This document shows positions 1-12,341 of a stretch of DNA of 54,139 nucleotides, one piece after another. The stretch spans positions 22,692,001-22,746,139 of the forward strand of contig NC_059439.1 in NCBI RefSeq assembly GCF_021028975.2. Reading direction: 5' to 3'. The stretch is from Sphaerodactylus townsendi. Lineage: Eukaryota. A model generated the notes under the pieces. The model had not been told where the DNA came from, ran no database searches, and worked only from the letters and a program-made list of their open reading frames with translations. The translations under genes were made by a program, and so were the position numbers. How positions within the stretch are numbered: position 1 is the stretch's first letter; each line of letters opens with the position of its first letter.

Positions 1-80
1 AGAAGATAGAGGAATACAGGAGATTAAAAAGCTACTGTTCTATTTTGATTCTAGAGTTAAGCAAAGAAAACTAAAGTAGA

Positions 81-157
81 GGCACTTTCACAAGTGCAGA
101 ATAATGCTCTTTCGATCTACTTTCACAATTGTTTGCAAGTGGATTTTGCTATTTCAC
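81..157. mobile_element. Truncated older copy of the ~140-bp Harbinger-type MITE
   Basis: tgcagaataatgc...tttcacaattgtttgcaagtggattttgct matches the family core. Confidence 0.6.
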
Positions 158-655
158 TGTGTTGCTTCTCAGCTTGAAAATCCATTCTGCCTCAACTTGA
201 AGTAAATGCCTTCTCAGATCAATCCCTTTAAATAAACTTTCATTATATTTGTATAGGATACAGAACTTTAAATAGCATTTTCTTAATGTTTATTTTCAAT
301 AAAATGTGCCATTAGAGGAGTATGCGTTTGTGCATTCTTTATTTTGGATTTATGTTCTAAAAGCCTAGTTTTTAAAGTTCTCATGGACATTCCCATGAGA
401 CCCTAAAGACATTGTAAAAGGTAAATACACTGTCTAGTTTGACATGTGGTAAAGGGTTCATTTGAATTCTATAAATGGATGTTTAAACTCTTTGAAGTTC
501 ATTGAAAGAGGGCAGGTTGCACAATGCCCGCAACAAAAATCCCCCTTAGTTATGGTCTTCAACATAGAAAAAAAATCTGTTTGCGTTCAAAAGCTAAAGC
601 TGGCTAAATATCCCATATGAAAGGTATCATTTGAGCTCCATTTTTCAGGACAGTT

Positions 656-1609
656 CTAAATTCCACAAGGAAATGATCTAGTACTAATCAGTTTCCTCAT
701 TGCCAATTTCACTTCCTTGTTCCGCAGGCTGTAGATAAGTGGGTTGAGTGTTGGTGTTAAGATACTGTATAGAGCTCCCACAAGCTGGTCTCTCTCTAGT
801 GAGTAGCTGGATGTTGGACGGACATAGGTAAATATGCTGGAGCCATAGAACAAAATCACAACTGTCAAGTGAGATGCACATGTAGAAATAGCTTTGTGAC
901 TCTGTCTTTTCTGTTGGTTGCTCAAAATGGCATGAAGGATGAAAACATAGGAGACTAGGGTAAAGAAAAAAGGGCTAAGCCCTACAAAGACACCCACTGT
1001 AAGAAGGGCAATTTCATTGACTGATGTGTCTGAACATGAGATGCTCAGTAATGGAGGGATGTCACAGAAAAAATGGTTAATCCTATTAGATTGGCAGAAA
1101 GACAGGCGGAATGTGAGTGCTGTGTGGACTGACGCATTGAGAAAGCCACAAGTCCAGGACATCAGAGCCATCTTCAAGCAAATCCCTTTATTCATGAAGT
1201 TGGTATAAGTCAGTGGGCGACATATGGCAAAGTAACGATCCAAAGCCATAGAGGCCAGAAGAAATCCCTCTGTGCCCACTAAGGTGACAAGGAAATACAC
1301 CTGTGCTTCACAGCCCAGAAAAGAGATGCTTGGAGATTCAGTCCAAAGATCTGTTAGAATTTTGGGTACAGTCACAGAAATGTAGCAGATATCTAAGAAA
1401 GAGAGGTTGCCAAGAAAGAAATACATAGGGGTTTGAAGGGTTTGATTTAAGAGAACCACCGTGATGATAAATGAGTTCCCTAAGAAGCAAATAGTATACA
1501 GCATGAGAAAGATAACAAAGAGGAAACCCTTTCCTTGCTTGATATTGTCAAATCCCAGCAGCATGAATTCCGTGAAAGATGTTTTATTCTCAGAGTAAGG
1601 CAAGGTCAT
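656..1609 (-). CDS. Olfactory receptor, class II, OR5V1-like (317 aa)
   Basis: 7TM OR motifs LQTPMYFFLGNLS, MALDRYFAIC, HFFCDIPPLL, STCASHL, LNPLIYSLRNKE; N-glycosylation site NKT. The first ATG is at 1609; the ORF-track start at 1627 is a TTG upstream of a splice acceptor (ttcag|attagacatcATG). Confidence 0.96.
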   Translation of the reverse strand: MTLPYSENKTSFTEFMLLGFDNIKQGKGFLFVIFLMLYTICFLGNSFIITVVLLNQTLQTPMYFFLGNLSFLDICYISVTVPKILTDLWTESPSISFLGCEAQVYFLVTLVGTEGFLLASMALDRYFAICRPLTYTNFMNKGICLKMALMSWTCGFLNASVHTALTFRLSFCQSNRINHFFCDIPPLLSISCSDTSVNEIALLTVGVFVGLSPFFFTLVSYVFILHAILSNQQKRQSHKAISTCASHLTVVILFYGSSIFTYVRPTSSYSLERDQLVGALYSILTPTLNPLIYSLRNKEVKLAMRKLISTRSFPCGI

Positions 1610-3029
1610 GATGTCTAATCTGAACAATGCAAATAAAGAAGAGGATATTTAAGAAATTATTAGCATTGTGAGACTTTTGCAGTCGTTCTGCTATAAGGTT
1701 TTAGTTAAAGGCTTGAATATTACTTTAACAACTAAATATTGATTAACCCCTTTTTTCTGCACTGCAGCTGATTCTACACATCAACCATTTTATTTTGTAC
1801 CAAAACTTTTATTCTTCATTTCCAGCCATCAGCTATTCTCAGGGACCATACATAACATGATGGTCTTTGCTGTCTAATAATAGCACTTTACTATTGTCCT
1901 CATTCTTTGAACTTACTTCCAGACATAGAAATCTTATAAAAAAATCTTCCCTTCATTTTCATTTTAGGAATTACACTTGCATCTCTGGCTTTACATTTGT
2001 TCAGGGACTATAAACCTTGGGATAAAAACAGATGAAATACTAGATCAGATTTTGCATAAGTTTTAATTTACAAGGTACATTAAGCAACCAAGTATCTCTC
2101 ACAGCTCCATGGGTCTCTCTAATTACTTTGAAGAAACTTGCATGTTCTCTTACCAAATGGTACTGTCTTCTATTACACAGGAAGTGATATTTGATTCAGC
2201 ACCCACTTTGTGCTATACCCTAATGAGGATTCCATCTCTCCAGTTTTGCTTCACCATCTCAACACAAATTATATCTTTTATAGATTCACCACAAGCTTAT
2301 GGAGAAGTGCCACTTTAGCCCCTGTGGGAACTAAACCCTATTTTTTGTGACATTGGTGGGATTCCATCCTTTTTCTGACCACCAAATCAAAATTACCAAG
2401 GTTATAATGGAAACCGTGGGAATTTTTCCTTTTGTAGTAACTCAAATACAGGAAGGAGATTTCTTATTTTTTAATTGACCAATTAATCTTAATTTGGTTG
2501 CTGACTACCATAGCTCTAATGCATAAACAAAGCCCTGATAATTGAAGTTCTTGATTGCAGAAAAGGAGAAATGCAGAGCTGAGCAAAAGTGAGTAGCAAA
2601 CATAGGAAAATAAAATGAATAATACTTGCAAGCCAGTCTCCCTAGTTCTAAAGCATACTATTGTACTCCCTAGTTCTAAAGCATACTGATATAAATGTAG
2701 CCAGAATAAACTTTAAGTTACTAAATTTCTGTTCATCGTTTTGTGCCAATTTTCTCTAGACTTTCTCATGAAACGATTGCTTCTTCTTGCCTTTCTTCCA
2801 ACCTTTCATGAAAATTCTTCTTTCCCCCGCCCTCACTTGATACTATCCTTCTCATTTTCATAGAGTTCATGCCATTGAACACGAATATATCACTCCCTTT
2901 CTACATGTAGGCTTTTACTAGCCTACAGGAAACTGTTGTGAGTCACTTGTGTATATATCCTAAGGCTGTATGAGAAAAAAAAAAACCCTGATTGCCCCTG
3001 TTGGCTATCCTGCATTAACGTATGATGTT

Positions 3030-3075
3030 CTCTGATGAAGTGAGCTTTGACTCACAAAAAGTTATACCCTGGAAT
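3030..3075 (+). mobile_element. Decayed Penelope-like terminal repeat fragment with eroded hammerhead motif
   Basis: CTGATGA-AGTGAG-ctttga-CTCAC followed by a mutated GAAA and ataccctgg. Confidence 0.5.
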
Positions 3076-3732
3076 TTAAAAAAAAATATATATAACAGTG
3101 GACTTGAACTTTGTTTGATTGTATGAATTGGTATCCTTGTAGTCTGAATGCTAATTATAAAAATATAGCCTTTTTGCCTACATGAGTTACTATTTAGGTT
3201 CTAATTTGTAGTTTTGGCACAGGAACTTATAGATTAAGGGGTCATTTTGCCATATCCGTATACCCAAATAAAGCATTTCTAGGTCCCAAGTCTATAGAAC
3301 AAGGATGGACACTGATCATTTTTATCTTTCAAATATAAAGGAATAACTTCTTACTTTGGGAAGATGACTGATTTCTGAACTTATATTTTCCGAAAGGTGT
3401 GTTTATCACAGTTTCAAAAGTCAATGCCCATCCAATAGTAATTATACTTTAATATATATGCAAGACATAATTGATCTTGTGCTAAAGTATTTGTTCATAA
3501 TCCCCAAATAGATCATTATTCTAAGGGTACTATTGCCCCTGGAGAAATGTTCATTGTCTTTTGGGATGTAATAGTTGGAATTGTCATACTGTAAAGGGAG
3601 ATTGGACCCCAATTCCTTTGGGATTGTTCAGGTTCATGAGGTACATAAAGGAGGAGGTAAGAAAGTCCTTTTTATATATAAAAATGCACATTGTTTCAAT
3701 GTAAATAACATGATGCTAATTCAGCCCACACA

Positions 3733-3832
3733 GGAGCAAGTAATGGCAAACCATGTCTGGAAGTCTCTTGCCTTGAAACCCTACAGAGTTGTCATAAGGC
3801 AGCTGCGACTTGATAGTACCTTTCATCACCAT
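3733..3832 (+). mobile_element. Sauria-SINE/BovB-type 3' fragment
   Basis: aatggcaaacca...tctcttgccttgaaaccctac...cgacttgat; similar pieces at 30653-30730 (+) and 37960-38200 (-). Confidence 0.55.
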
Positions 3833-4150
3833 TAAATGTAGACTATCCAGTGTTACACACCTGGCTGCTTCATAGATGGTCTTTTCTCCAGAATATTTGC
3901 TGACATGCTCATTGCCAGACTCTTTAGGTTGGGAAATTCTTTTAGGTTGGGAAATTCCTGGACATTTGGGGTGGAGCCTGGGGAGGGCAGAGTTTGGGAA
4001 GGGGAGGGAGTTCACCAGGAATGTGATGCCATGGAGTGACCCTCTGAAGCGGTCATTTTATCCAGGCAAACTGATCTCTGTAGGCTGGAGATCAGTTGAA
4101 ATTCTGGAAGAACTCTGGGATCCACCTGAATGTTGGCAGGCACTCTCTAT

Positions 4151-4291
4151 GGCTCATTCCGCACATGCAGAATAATGCACTTTCAAACTGCTTTCAATGC
4201 TCTTTGAAGCTGTGCGGAATGGCAAAATCCACTTGCAAACAGTTGCGAAAGTGGTTTGAAAACACATTATTTTGTGTGTGCGGAAGGGGCC
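4151..4291. mobile_element. ~140-bp PIF/Harbinger-type MITE
   Basis: GGCTCATTCCGCACATGCAGAATAATGC ... ATTATTTTGTGTGTGCGGAAGGGGCC; long imperfect TIRs. Confidence 0.85.
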
Positions 4292-4594
4292 ATTGTTAAT
4301 AAGAAATCCCATCAAGGCCTTTGTATATTAAAATAGATTCAGTAACCCAGGCCCTGTGACTCAAAAAGTCATCAAGAACCCATCACCCCTATACAATGGC
4401 CTGCCTTATGCTTGATTTTTCTTTCTTTTTTTTAACACAACAGGGGAGAATCAAAAAACAGCAGGCACATTTATCTCTTGGTGGACTTCTTTATGGCTGC
4501 CAGTTCTAAATTGATAAATACAAAAACATTTCAGGTGAAGCCTGAGGAGAGAATGGTTTGGAGAAGGGCAGAATCTCAGTGGGGTATAATACCA

Positions 4595-4730
4595 TAGTGG
4601 TGGCGAACCTTTAGGTTATGGACTACAATTCCCATCAGCCCCTGCCAGCATGGCCAATTGACCATGCTGGCAGGGGCTGATGGGAATTGTAGTCCATAAC
4701 ATCTGGAGTGCCAAAGGTTCGCCACCACGG
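4595..4730. mobile_element. Palindromic hAT (Charlie/Buster-type) MITE
   Basis: Hairpin centred on catggccaattgaccatg; right flank ccatagag, left flank partial ccatag; sits inside an older hAT-like element. Confidence 0.8.
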
Positions 4731-5520
4731 CCATAGAGTTTACCCAGGAAAGCAGCCATTTTTCCCCAAGAGAACTATCCTTGGATATCAGTTCTAATTC
4801 CAGGAGATCTCCAGGTCCCCCAGTTAGCAACTCTAACTTCCATACATGTTTTTCTATGGTTGGAATTTTGGAAGGCTGTGAGGAGATACTCCCGATGCTT
4901 TTAAAATGACAAAAAGGTCATCCAAAATCCTGTTCTAATTAGGACTATTTAGAGAGAGAACAGGACTGTAATTCTAACCTTTCTGTGACGTTAATAATAA
5001 CATGACTAATAATAACATGGGCAGGTTAGTTTTAATTAACTGAACACTCTTCCTGAATAGCTCTTATCTCAGCAGTTTTCCAGCAGATATTCTATTCACA
5101 TTTTCTAATGGAAGAAGGATTCCATCAAGGACATTTAGGTAGATTTATAATTTTACTACAGTGAAGTGTGATTAAGTTTTGTTTCATTTGTCGATGTGTG
5201 CTAAGGGTTTTTCCACAGCCTGCATAAAAATAGTGGGGTTGGCAGAAGGATTCAATTTCTTTCCAGTATTTGCTTTGATGTACTCAAGTTGGCCATGCAT
5301 GCAATAGACCAGTTAAACCACCCACCCCAGGATTCCTCTGTTTGGTTTTGTTTCCCTTTCCTGGTTTATTTATATTTCCCTTGTAATCATTTGCAGTAGT
5401 AATAAATGGACCATTTTTGCAGCATATTTTTTTCTCATGTAACACATCTATTATGCCTTACCTCAAGCTTTGACTTTGGGCTGCTCTCTGCTATTTCTGC
5501 ATTACCCAAGTATAAACATA

Positions 5521-5660
5521 GGCTGATTCCGCATGGGCCAAAAACAGTGGTGTGAAAAGGGTGTGAAAACAGTATAAACACTTTCACACCATTTTAAACC
5601 CTTTTACACCATTTTGACACCATTTTCACACTGCTGTTTTTGGCCCATGTGGAATCAGCC
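5521..5660. mobile_element. GGC-ended palindromic MITE (Harbinger-type, second subfamily)
   Basis: TIRs GGCTGATTCCGCATGGGCCAAAAACAG / CTGTTTTTGGCCCATGTGGAATCAGCC; flanks ata/aca. Confidence 0.8.
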
Positions 5661-6280
5661 ACAGATAATGTAAATGTGTCAGCAATCCTACCACAGGAAC
5701 CTGTTGAGTCACAACACCCAAATAACAGAAGAGGAGCAGTTACTGGAGCAAACAAGGTAAGAAGCTTCAAGTCCACAGTTACCTCTTGACCCCAACAGGA
5801 TGAGTCCATGGACACCAGGACATGATCCGACTGAAGAAATAGGTGCTCCATTCAAAAGTAGGCTGATAGAATGTAGATCCTTGACTTGTGGACACGAGGA
5901 AAAGAGCAGGGAAGGTTGGAGATCATCTCAATTCTCTGGATATCTTTAGACTACTTTTAAGTTGTAGGGGGCAGACATCAAAGCAAGAGACATTGGGAGA
6001 CTGACTTGATTATGCTTCCTGGAGGTTCTGTGCATTCACTTTTTGAAGCTTCCATAAATTCTTCAAAGAGTATCATGAAAAGGACCAGTATGTAGTTAAA
6101 TGCAACACATTTTCTTTTTAATATTTTATCCACAAAATCTCAGGTGTAATTTTCCAAAGCAAAGCTATAGCAAGAAACTACAAATTACAGAAACAAAGCA
6201 TCAGAAATGAGGGGCTAATTCTCAAAAACAGTGAATGATGAAAAATCCTGCTTCACTAACCAATCCTCTTTTTCAAAGGT

Positions 6281-7237
6281 TCACATTGCTGCATTCTGTG
6301 CAGAGATCATTCTTGCAACTGTCTTCTTAAAAGCTCCCTTGACTTCTTTGTTCCTTAAGGTGTATATGATCGGGTTTAGAACTGGAGTAACCACAGTGTA
6401 CATCAGAGCAATCATTTTGTCACTTCCTGGAGAACTGCTAGACTTGGGCCTCAAGTATGTGAATAGGGCTGTCCCATAGAATAACGTGACCACCATGAGG
6501 TGTGAGGAACAAGTAGAGAAGGCCTTCTTTCTCCCTTCTGCTGAAGGAAGCTTAAGGATAGTATACCCAATTCGCATATAGGAAAGGATTATGAGTACGA
6601 ATGGCCCCATGATGAATAGTATTGACACTGTCAAGACTACAATTTCATTTTTAAAGGTATCTGTGCATGCCATTTTCACCAAGGGTGGGATATCACAGAA
6701 AAAGTGTTGGATGAGGTTGGAACCACAAAATGGTAAAGTAAAGATCCAGGTTGTCTGAGTCACTTCCACTGTTATGCCAGTGACCCACGATGCTGCCGCC
6801 AACTGAATACAGACCTGGTGATTCATGATGACTGCATAATGCAAAGGATGGCATATGGCAACATAGTGGTCATATGCCATAGCTGCTAGGAGGCAGCATT
6901 CTGTCAGTCCCAGGATAGCAAAGACATACATTTGGGCAGCACAGCCAGTCTTGGAGATGGTTTTTTGCTCTGTTAACAAATGGATCAGCATCTGTGGGAC
7001 CACGCTGGTAGTGTAACAAATTTCCAAGAATGAGAGGTTCACTAGGAAGAAGTACATGGGAGTTTGAATGGGAGGGTTGAGTTTGATTAGCAGAATAATG
7101 AGCATGTTCCCTATTATGGTGATCAGGTATGTCACCAAGAACAGCAAAAAGAGCACGATTTGGAGCTCAGCCAGGTCTGAAAATCCCACTAAGATGAACT
7201 CATTGAGATTCGTCTCGTTCTCTCCAGGTTCTTCCAT
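6281..7237 (-). CDS. Olfactory receptor, class II, family 10 (OR10A/10C-like), 318 aa
   Basis: TPMYFFLVNLS, TECCLLAAMAYDHY, QTTWIFTLPFCG, KAFSTCSSHL, LNPIIYTLRNKE; NET sequon; upstream acceptor ttcctatttgaagtag. Confidence 0.95.
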   Translation of the reverse strand: MEEPGENETNLNEFILVGFSDLAELQIVLFLLFLVTYLITIIGNMLIILLIKLNPPIQTPMYFFLVNLSFLEICYTTSVVPQMLIHLLTEQKTISKTGCAAQMYVFAILGLTECCLLAAMAYDHYVAICHPLHYAVIMNHQVCIQLAAASWVTGITVEVTQTTWIFTLPFCGSNLIQHFFCDIPPLVKMACTDTFKNEIVVLTVSILFIMGPFVLIILSYMRIGYTILKLPSAEGRKKAFSTCSSHLMVVTLFYGTALFTYLRPKSSSSPGSDKMIALMYTVVTPVLNPIIYTLRNKEVKGAFKKTVARMISAQNAAM

Positions 7238-7646
7238 GAAAGGGGAAGCCTACTTCAAATAGGAAAAAAAGACAGGAATTTGAAACTGATTAAAGCAGTG
7301 ACATATAAGTTCAAAGAGAAGTCTGTTTTTCACTCTATGGCCTTTTCAGCGTGCAAAGTTTACCACTGATTTCCCCAGTGGTTAAATCTTTTAATGGGGA
7401 GCATCGTTTCCATAGTGGTAATCTTCTAGTGGTGCTTAGAAATATATATCGACACTAATTGATAAAGAGGGGTTGAATTAGAATTCACATTTGTGATGGG
7501 GAGCCATGGTCTACACACATGCAGAGTACTTTTCAACATGGAGTTCCAGCATTTTAAGCAGGTTGTCCGTCTTGTACCAAAACAAGGGTCAAAATATACT
7601 GGATGAGGACTCTGTGCCTTCGTTTGAAAGGCTCGTCTGAAACTTT

Positions 7647-7787
7647 GGCCCCTTCCGCACACGCAAAATAATGCATTTTCAAACCACTTTCACAACCGTT
7701 TGAAAGTGGATTTTACCATTCCGCACAGCTTCAAAGAGCACTGAAAGCAGTTTGAAAATGCATTATTCTGCATGTGCGGAATGAGCC
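7647..7787. mobile_element. ~140-bp Harbinger-type MITE
   Basis: Full copy; TSD TTT/TTT. Confidence 0.88.
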
Positions 7788-8665
7788 TTTGAAATATAAT
7801 TTATCAAGGCTTTCTCGGCCATAGGGTGTGAATATTCAGAAGCATCACCACTACCCCTGCAAATCTGGAGAGATTATTCTTAATGGTGAGACAATTTATC
7901 TTGTAAATTGATTTGTTTTTCTTTGGGCAAAAATAGTTTCCAAAGTTTTCATAGACTTATAATTCATAGACTTATAATTGGACAGTTAGCATAGCTGGCT
8001 TGAAAAAATTTTTCAGGGAGTTTAAACAGGGTGTCCCATTAAGAAGGGTCCCTATCCACAACCTGAAGTATTAAAGTCCAACTTAACTGCATTCTGCTAT
8101 ATGTGCAGACAAAGCCTCAGACCTACCAAAGTCCACTGATTTTATGGGTTTGATTCAGAATAAAGGAAAATTCCACCAGTTCCTCCTTCCCATTGCCAAA
8201 ACCACCCCCATGACATTTTTCCATGTACCCCATGTCCACTATCCTCTAAGAACAGATTTGCGGAGATGTGTTACAGTGGGGGAAAGACAGGAAAGTTCTG
8301 CTGATGAAAAATTTAGACTGGATTCAACCCCATATTTAGCAGAAGGAAATAAAAGTGCCACTCAACTTGCTGGCTTGGGACCATTTATATTTTCTACTCA
8401 CCAAGACAGCCACCTGGAGAAATAAATGGAAAAAGGAGTATATTAATAAATAATTACACATTCAAAGCCTTTCTAATAGACTCCAACTATGAGTAAGAAG
8501 TAAATTCCTCTAATTTATAAAAAAAGCAACACATTCATTCAAAAGAATAGCAAATGCTGTTCCTATCAACTATTCATGCACTTTTTTTCCAGTTCAGCAA
8601 AATCATTCAGATCTTCATCTCCATCAAAAATCGGATTGAATTCTTTTGATTTAAAGACACAAGAC

Positions 8666-8840
8666 ACAGCCTTACTTGGAAAAGGTTGAAATGTTATTTC
8701 CTGCTTCAGAGCGGTTCACTGTTCACCAAGTTAACTCAAACAGAGGAGTCTTTTACTTATACCCACCAATGCTCGATGCAGCTTAATTGCACAGAAAAAC
8801 TCATGAGACTATCTTATGTAATAAATCCATTTGGGACTAG
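8666..8840 (-). promoter_or_regulatory. Candidate promoter and 5' non-coding exon of the OR at 6281-7237
   Basis: O/E-like TCCCAAATGGA (8826-8836) and TCTCATGAGT (8799-8808), homeodomain TAATTG (8784-8789), TATAAGTAAAA (8751-8761), then donor CAA|GTAAG at about 8675, all in the correct order on the minus strand. Confidence 0.45.
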
Positions 8841-8936
8841 AAAAAATAGCAAAACATTCATGTAGTTAAGATCCTGGATAGGCATAATATACGAATTTGT
8901 AAGTTTACTAATTCACATTGAATTGTCATACCTATT

Positions 8937-9370
8937 TATAGAATAGAATAGAACTTTAATTTATATACTGCCCTCCCCCGAAAGGTTCGGGCTGGTTCAC
9001 AACAAAAAATATATATATCAATAACATAACATATAACAGCAGTATCAAACAGTATTTCAAGTAACAATATCAATAATCAAACCATCATCAATATAACATT
9101 ATGACATTACCTAGCAGCAATATAACAATATCAGCAGCAAGCTAATTCACAATGCACATGGCAACAATAAACATAATATCATAATCACAAAACCATGGGT
9201 AGAAGATCATAGCAGCACCATAACATTATACAACAATATTAAACAGAGCAAAACCCACACACAAAAACATAACATTATAAACTACAGTGAATATGGCACT
9301 ATAAAATAGCCAATCCACAATACAACATCATCAACTCTAATTATAAATATTGTAAATATTCCATATCATA
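8937..9370 (-). mobile_element. L2-type LINE 3' end with AC-rich low-complexity UTR
   Basis: (ATAGA)n tail, then ttatatactgccctccccgaaagg...ggctggttcacaac and a long A/C-rich tract. Confidence 0.5.
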
Positions 9371-9405
9371 TTGTTCTCAGTTTACATCAGCCACTTTCAC
9401 TCTCA

Positions 9406-9547
9406 GGCTCATTCCGCACATGCAGAATAATGCACTTTCAAACTGCTTTCAGTGCTCTTTGAAGCTGTGCGGTTGCAAACAGTTGTGGTTGCAAACAGTT
9501 GTGAAAGTGGTTTGAAAATGCATTATTTTGTGTGTGTGGAAGGTGCC
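9406..9547. mobile_element. ~140-bp Harbinger-type MITE with internal 19-bp duplication
   Basis: Family TIRs; ggttgcaaacagttgt occurs twice internally. Confidence 0.85.
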
Positions 9548-10289
9548 TTCAGTCAGGACAGACTGACTCTCTCCCTCTTACAAACAAACAAACCTTCACC
9601 ACCTTTCTTAAGTGCCAGCCAGTCACATCACTCTCTCATCCCCCTATCACCCTCTTCCTTCTACAACTTACTTCTCATTTAAGGAAACACACACAACCTT
9701 TTAAATTGTTACAGTAAGCATTATGAAAATGTACATGACCACATTATTCCTACTCTCAGGGAAACTTTCTCCTTCCTGCTTTTTCTCCACACACAATTTA
9801 TCCAATCTCTCTATCTCTCACTAAGATGTGTATAGCCCCACTGTCCATCTAGTTAGTTAGATCAGAATACATTTTCTTCTGTTCTGAGCACACATGCAGG
9901 CCCAATTGAGCTTTTCTGTGTTCTGACAGTATGCACTCTGCTGTAATGCCAAGAAACAAAGTGGTCATTAGGTGCAGAGGGGATGGAATCGTCTGAATTG
10001 CTTCAAATTCCAGGTGGGAAAGTTACTTTTTTTTCAAAGTTCCCTTACAGTAATTATTTGCTGCCTATATAGAAAGCTAGAACAACATGAAAAGATTATA
10101 AACTCTTTTTAATGGTATTTTTTAATATGAAGAAAGTTTTTACATGAGAGGAGTAGAAAGAAGGTGACACTCACCTCCACAATCTCGAGCAGTGAAGCCT
10201 AGCTTACCATTTCATAATTCCTCTGCATTATTCTACTATGAAACATTGGCGTATAATGTACATGTGTAAAACAGGCCTTTCAGATTCTA

Positions 10290-11165
10290 TCTATATATAT
10301 AAAAAGCAAACCGTGTATTTGTTAGTGATGGTATAACTCAGGCCGTTTCCGCACGGGCCAAAAACAGCGGCCTGGGGACGGTAAAAACGCTGCCCCCAGG
10401 CCGCCGTTCGCACAGCCGGCGCTGCTGAAATGCAGCAGCGCCGACCTGGCTCCCCTTCCCCTCCCTCAGGGCGGCGTCAGGCCGTCCTCAAAAACACCCC
10501 TTTAAAGGGGTGTTTTTGAGAAAACAGCGTGTTCCCTGCGGCGCTGTGCGAACGGCACCACCGGGAACACGCTGTTTTCCCTCTTTAGCTTCTATATTTT
10601 CAGCTTCACTTCCCCGTGGCCAGCCCTGCTGTCTTTACAAGCCCCTTACTTGCGGCTGTGCCCTCCGACCCTGGAGTGTCGGAGAGCAGCATGGGCGTGG
10701 GCTTAGGAAGACAGCAGTGGGCTTAATTTTACGGGCACAAGGCAGCAGTAAGAGGGGACAGGGAAGCAGAACTGCAGCTCCATTGCGGAGCCGCCTTCAT
10801 TCCTGCGCGCCCGGCCTCTGCTGGGGCCGCTCGCACACTTGCGTGCGAACAGCCTCCACCCCCACGCCGGCAGAATTCTTGCCAGCGTGAGGGTGCCCGG
10901 AGGCCTGTGCGGAAAGGGCCTCAGTAACTGCTGCGCCAATTCCTCTGAAAATTCCCATCCACTGTAGTCAGCCAGGCAAGAGTGTTTTTAGAAGAGAAGG
11001 GAAGAGGGAAGAGAAGTGAGGGAGGGGAGACAGTGAGGGGTGACATGAAAGGGAGGGGAGGGAGGGGCCCCAGCATCTGGATATGACCCACCCACCATAG
11101 TGGAGGGAGTGTCCGTACCATTTCACCACAAAAACCCACAGCAACGCATGGCCGAGTACCGCTAG
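10290..11165 (+). mobile_element. Non-autonomous Helitron carrying a nested MITE
   Basis: A|TCTATATATATAAAAAGC 5' end; subterminal hairpin ccacagcaacgcatgg; CTAG|T 3' end; no TSD. Confidence 0.75.
10341..10920. mobile_element. 580-bp GC/CpG-rich Harbinger-type non-autonomous element
   Basis: TIRs GGCCGTTTCCGCACGGGCC / GGCCTGTGCGGAAAGGGCC; TSD TCA/TCA. Confidence 0.88.
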
Positions 11166-11384
11166 TTTTAGAATGTAGACACTGAGTGCAACTTTGATTC
11201 ATTTATTTACTGCATTGCATTTCATCTTTCAAAACAAAGGTGGCTTACAAAAACAGATGCTTATACATTCAAGTTTTAAAACACAACATATAATTTTACA
11301 AACATTACAATTAGCTACCTAGCAACATAAGTTCAAAAAGCCTGGATAATCATTAAAAATAAAACGAAACCCCTCATCAGATGT

Positions 11385-12341
11385 TCAGCGCACTAAACTA
11401 GGAACATAATGAAATGTCATCAACCTTCTCATTCCCAATTTCACTTCCTTATTCCGCAGACTGTAAATAAGGGGGTTGAGTGTTGGGGTTAAAATATTGT
11501 ATAGAACCCCAACAAGCTGGTCTCTTTCAAGAGAGTAACTGGAGGTAGGACGGAAATAAGTGAAGATGCCTGAGCCATAGAACAGAATCACAACTGCCAA
11601 GTGGGAAACACAAGTGGAAATAGCTTTGTGACCCTGCCGTTTTTGTTGGTTACTCAGAATGGCATGAAGAATGAAAGCATAGGAGACTAGAGTGAAGCAA
11701 AAAGGGCTAAGTCCAACAAACACGCCTGCAGTGAAAAGAGCGACTTCATTGACTGATGTGTCTGAACAAGAAATACTCAGCAGTGGAGGGATGTCACAGA
11801 AAAAATGGCTGATCCCATTAGTTCGGCAGTAAGACAGATGGAACGTGAGTGTTGTGTGGAGGGAAGCATTGAGTAAACCACAAATCCAGGATATGGTAGC
11901 CATCTGGAGGCATGTCCATTTATTCATGAACTGGGTATAGCTCAATGGGCGACAGATAGCGAAGAAACGGTCCAGAGCCATAGATGCCAGAAGGAATCCC
12001 TCTGTGCCCACTAAAGTGACAAGGAAGTACATTTGTGCTGCACATCCCATGAAGGAAATGCTTGGGGATTCAACACAAATGTCTGCCAACATTTTTGGTA
12101 CAGTCACGGAGATGTAACAGACATCTAGGAAAGAGAGGTTGCCGAGAAAGAAATACATGGGGGTATGGAGTGCCTGATTTAAGAGAACCACAGCAATTAT
12201 GAGTAAATTTCCTAACAAGCAGATGGTATACATGGTTAGAAAGAGGATGAAAAGGAAACTCTTTTCTTGCTTGATATTTTCAAATCCCAGTAGTATGAAT
12301 TCCTTGATGGACGTTTGATTCTCAGAGCAGGACAGGTTCAT
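11385..12341 (-). CDS. Olfactory receptor, class II, OR5V1-like (318 aa)
   Basis: Close paralogue of 656-1609; LHTPMYFFLGNLS, MALDRFFAIC, STCVSHL, LNPLIYSLRNKE. Confidence 0.96.
   Translation of the reverse strand: MNLSCSENQTSIKEFILLGFENIKQEKSFLFILFLTMYTICLLGNLLIIAVVLLNQALHTPMYFFLGNLSFLDVCYISVTVPKMLADICVESPSISFMGCAAQMYFLVTLVGTEGFLLASMALDRFFAICRPLSYTQFMNKWTCLQMATISWICGLLNASLHTTLTFHLSYCRTNGISHFFCDIPPLLSISCSDTSVNEVALFTAGVFVGLSPFCFTLVSYAFILHAILSNQQKRQGHKAISTCVSHLAVVILFYGSGIFTYFRPTSSYSLERDQLVGVLYNILTPTLNPLIYSLRNKEVKLGMRRLMTFHYVPSLVR

Noticed and set aside
1017-1208. Antisense or alternate-frame ORFs overlapping OR genes (e.g. 7068-7262, 23008-23319, 32174-32422, 44355-44549)
   Set aside because: Shadow ORFs of hydrophobic OR codon usage; no independent evidence.
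11349-11362. TCATTAAAAA resembling the mouse H-enhancer core AACTTTTTAATGA
   Set aside because: Only a partial match, in an AT-rich 3' UTR with no adjacent O/E site; expected by chance.
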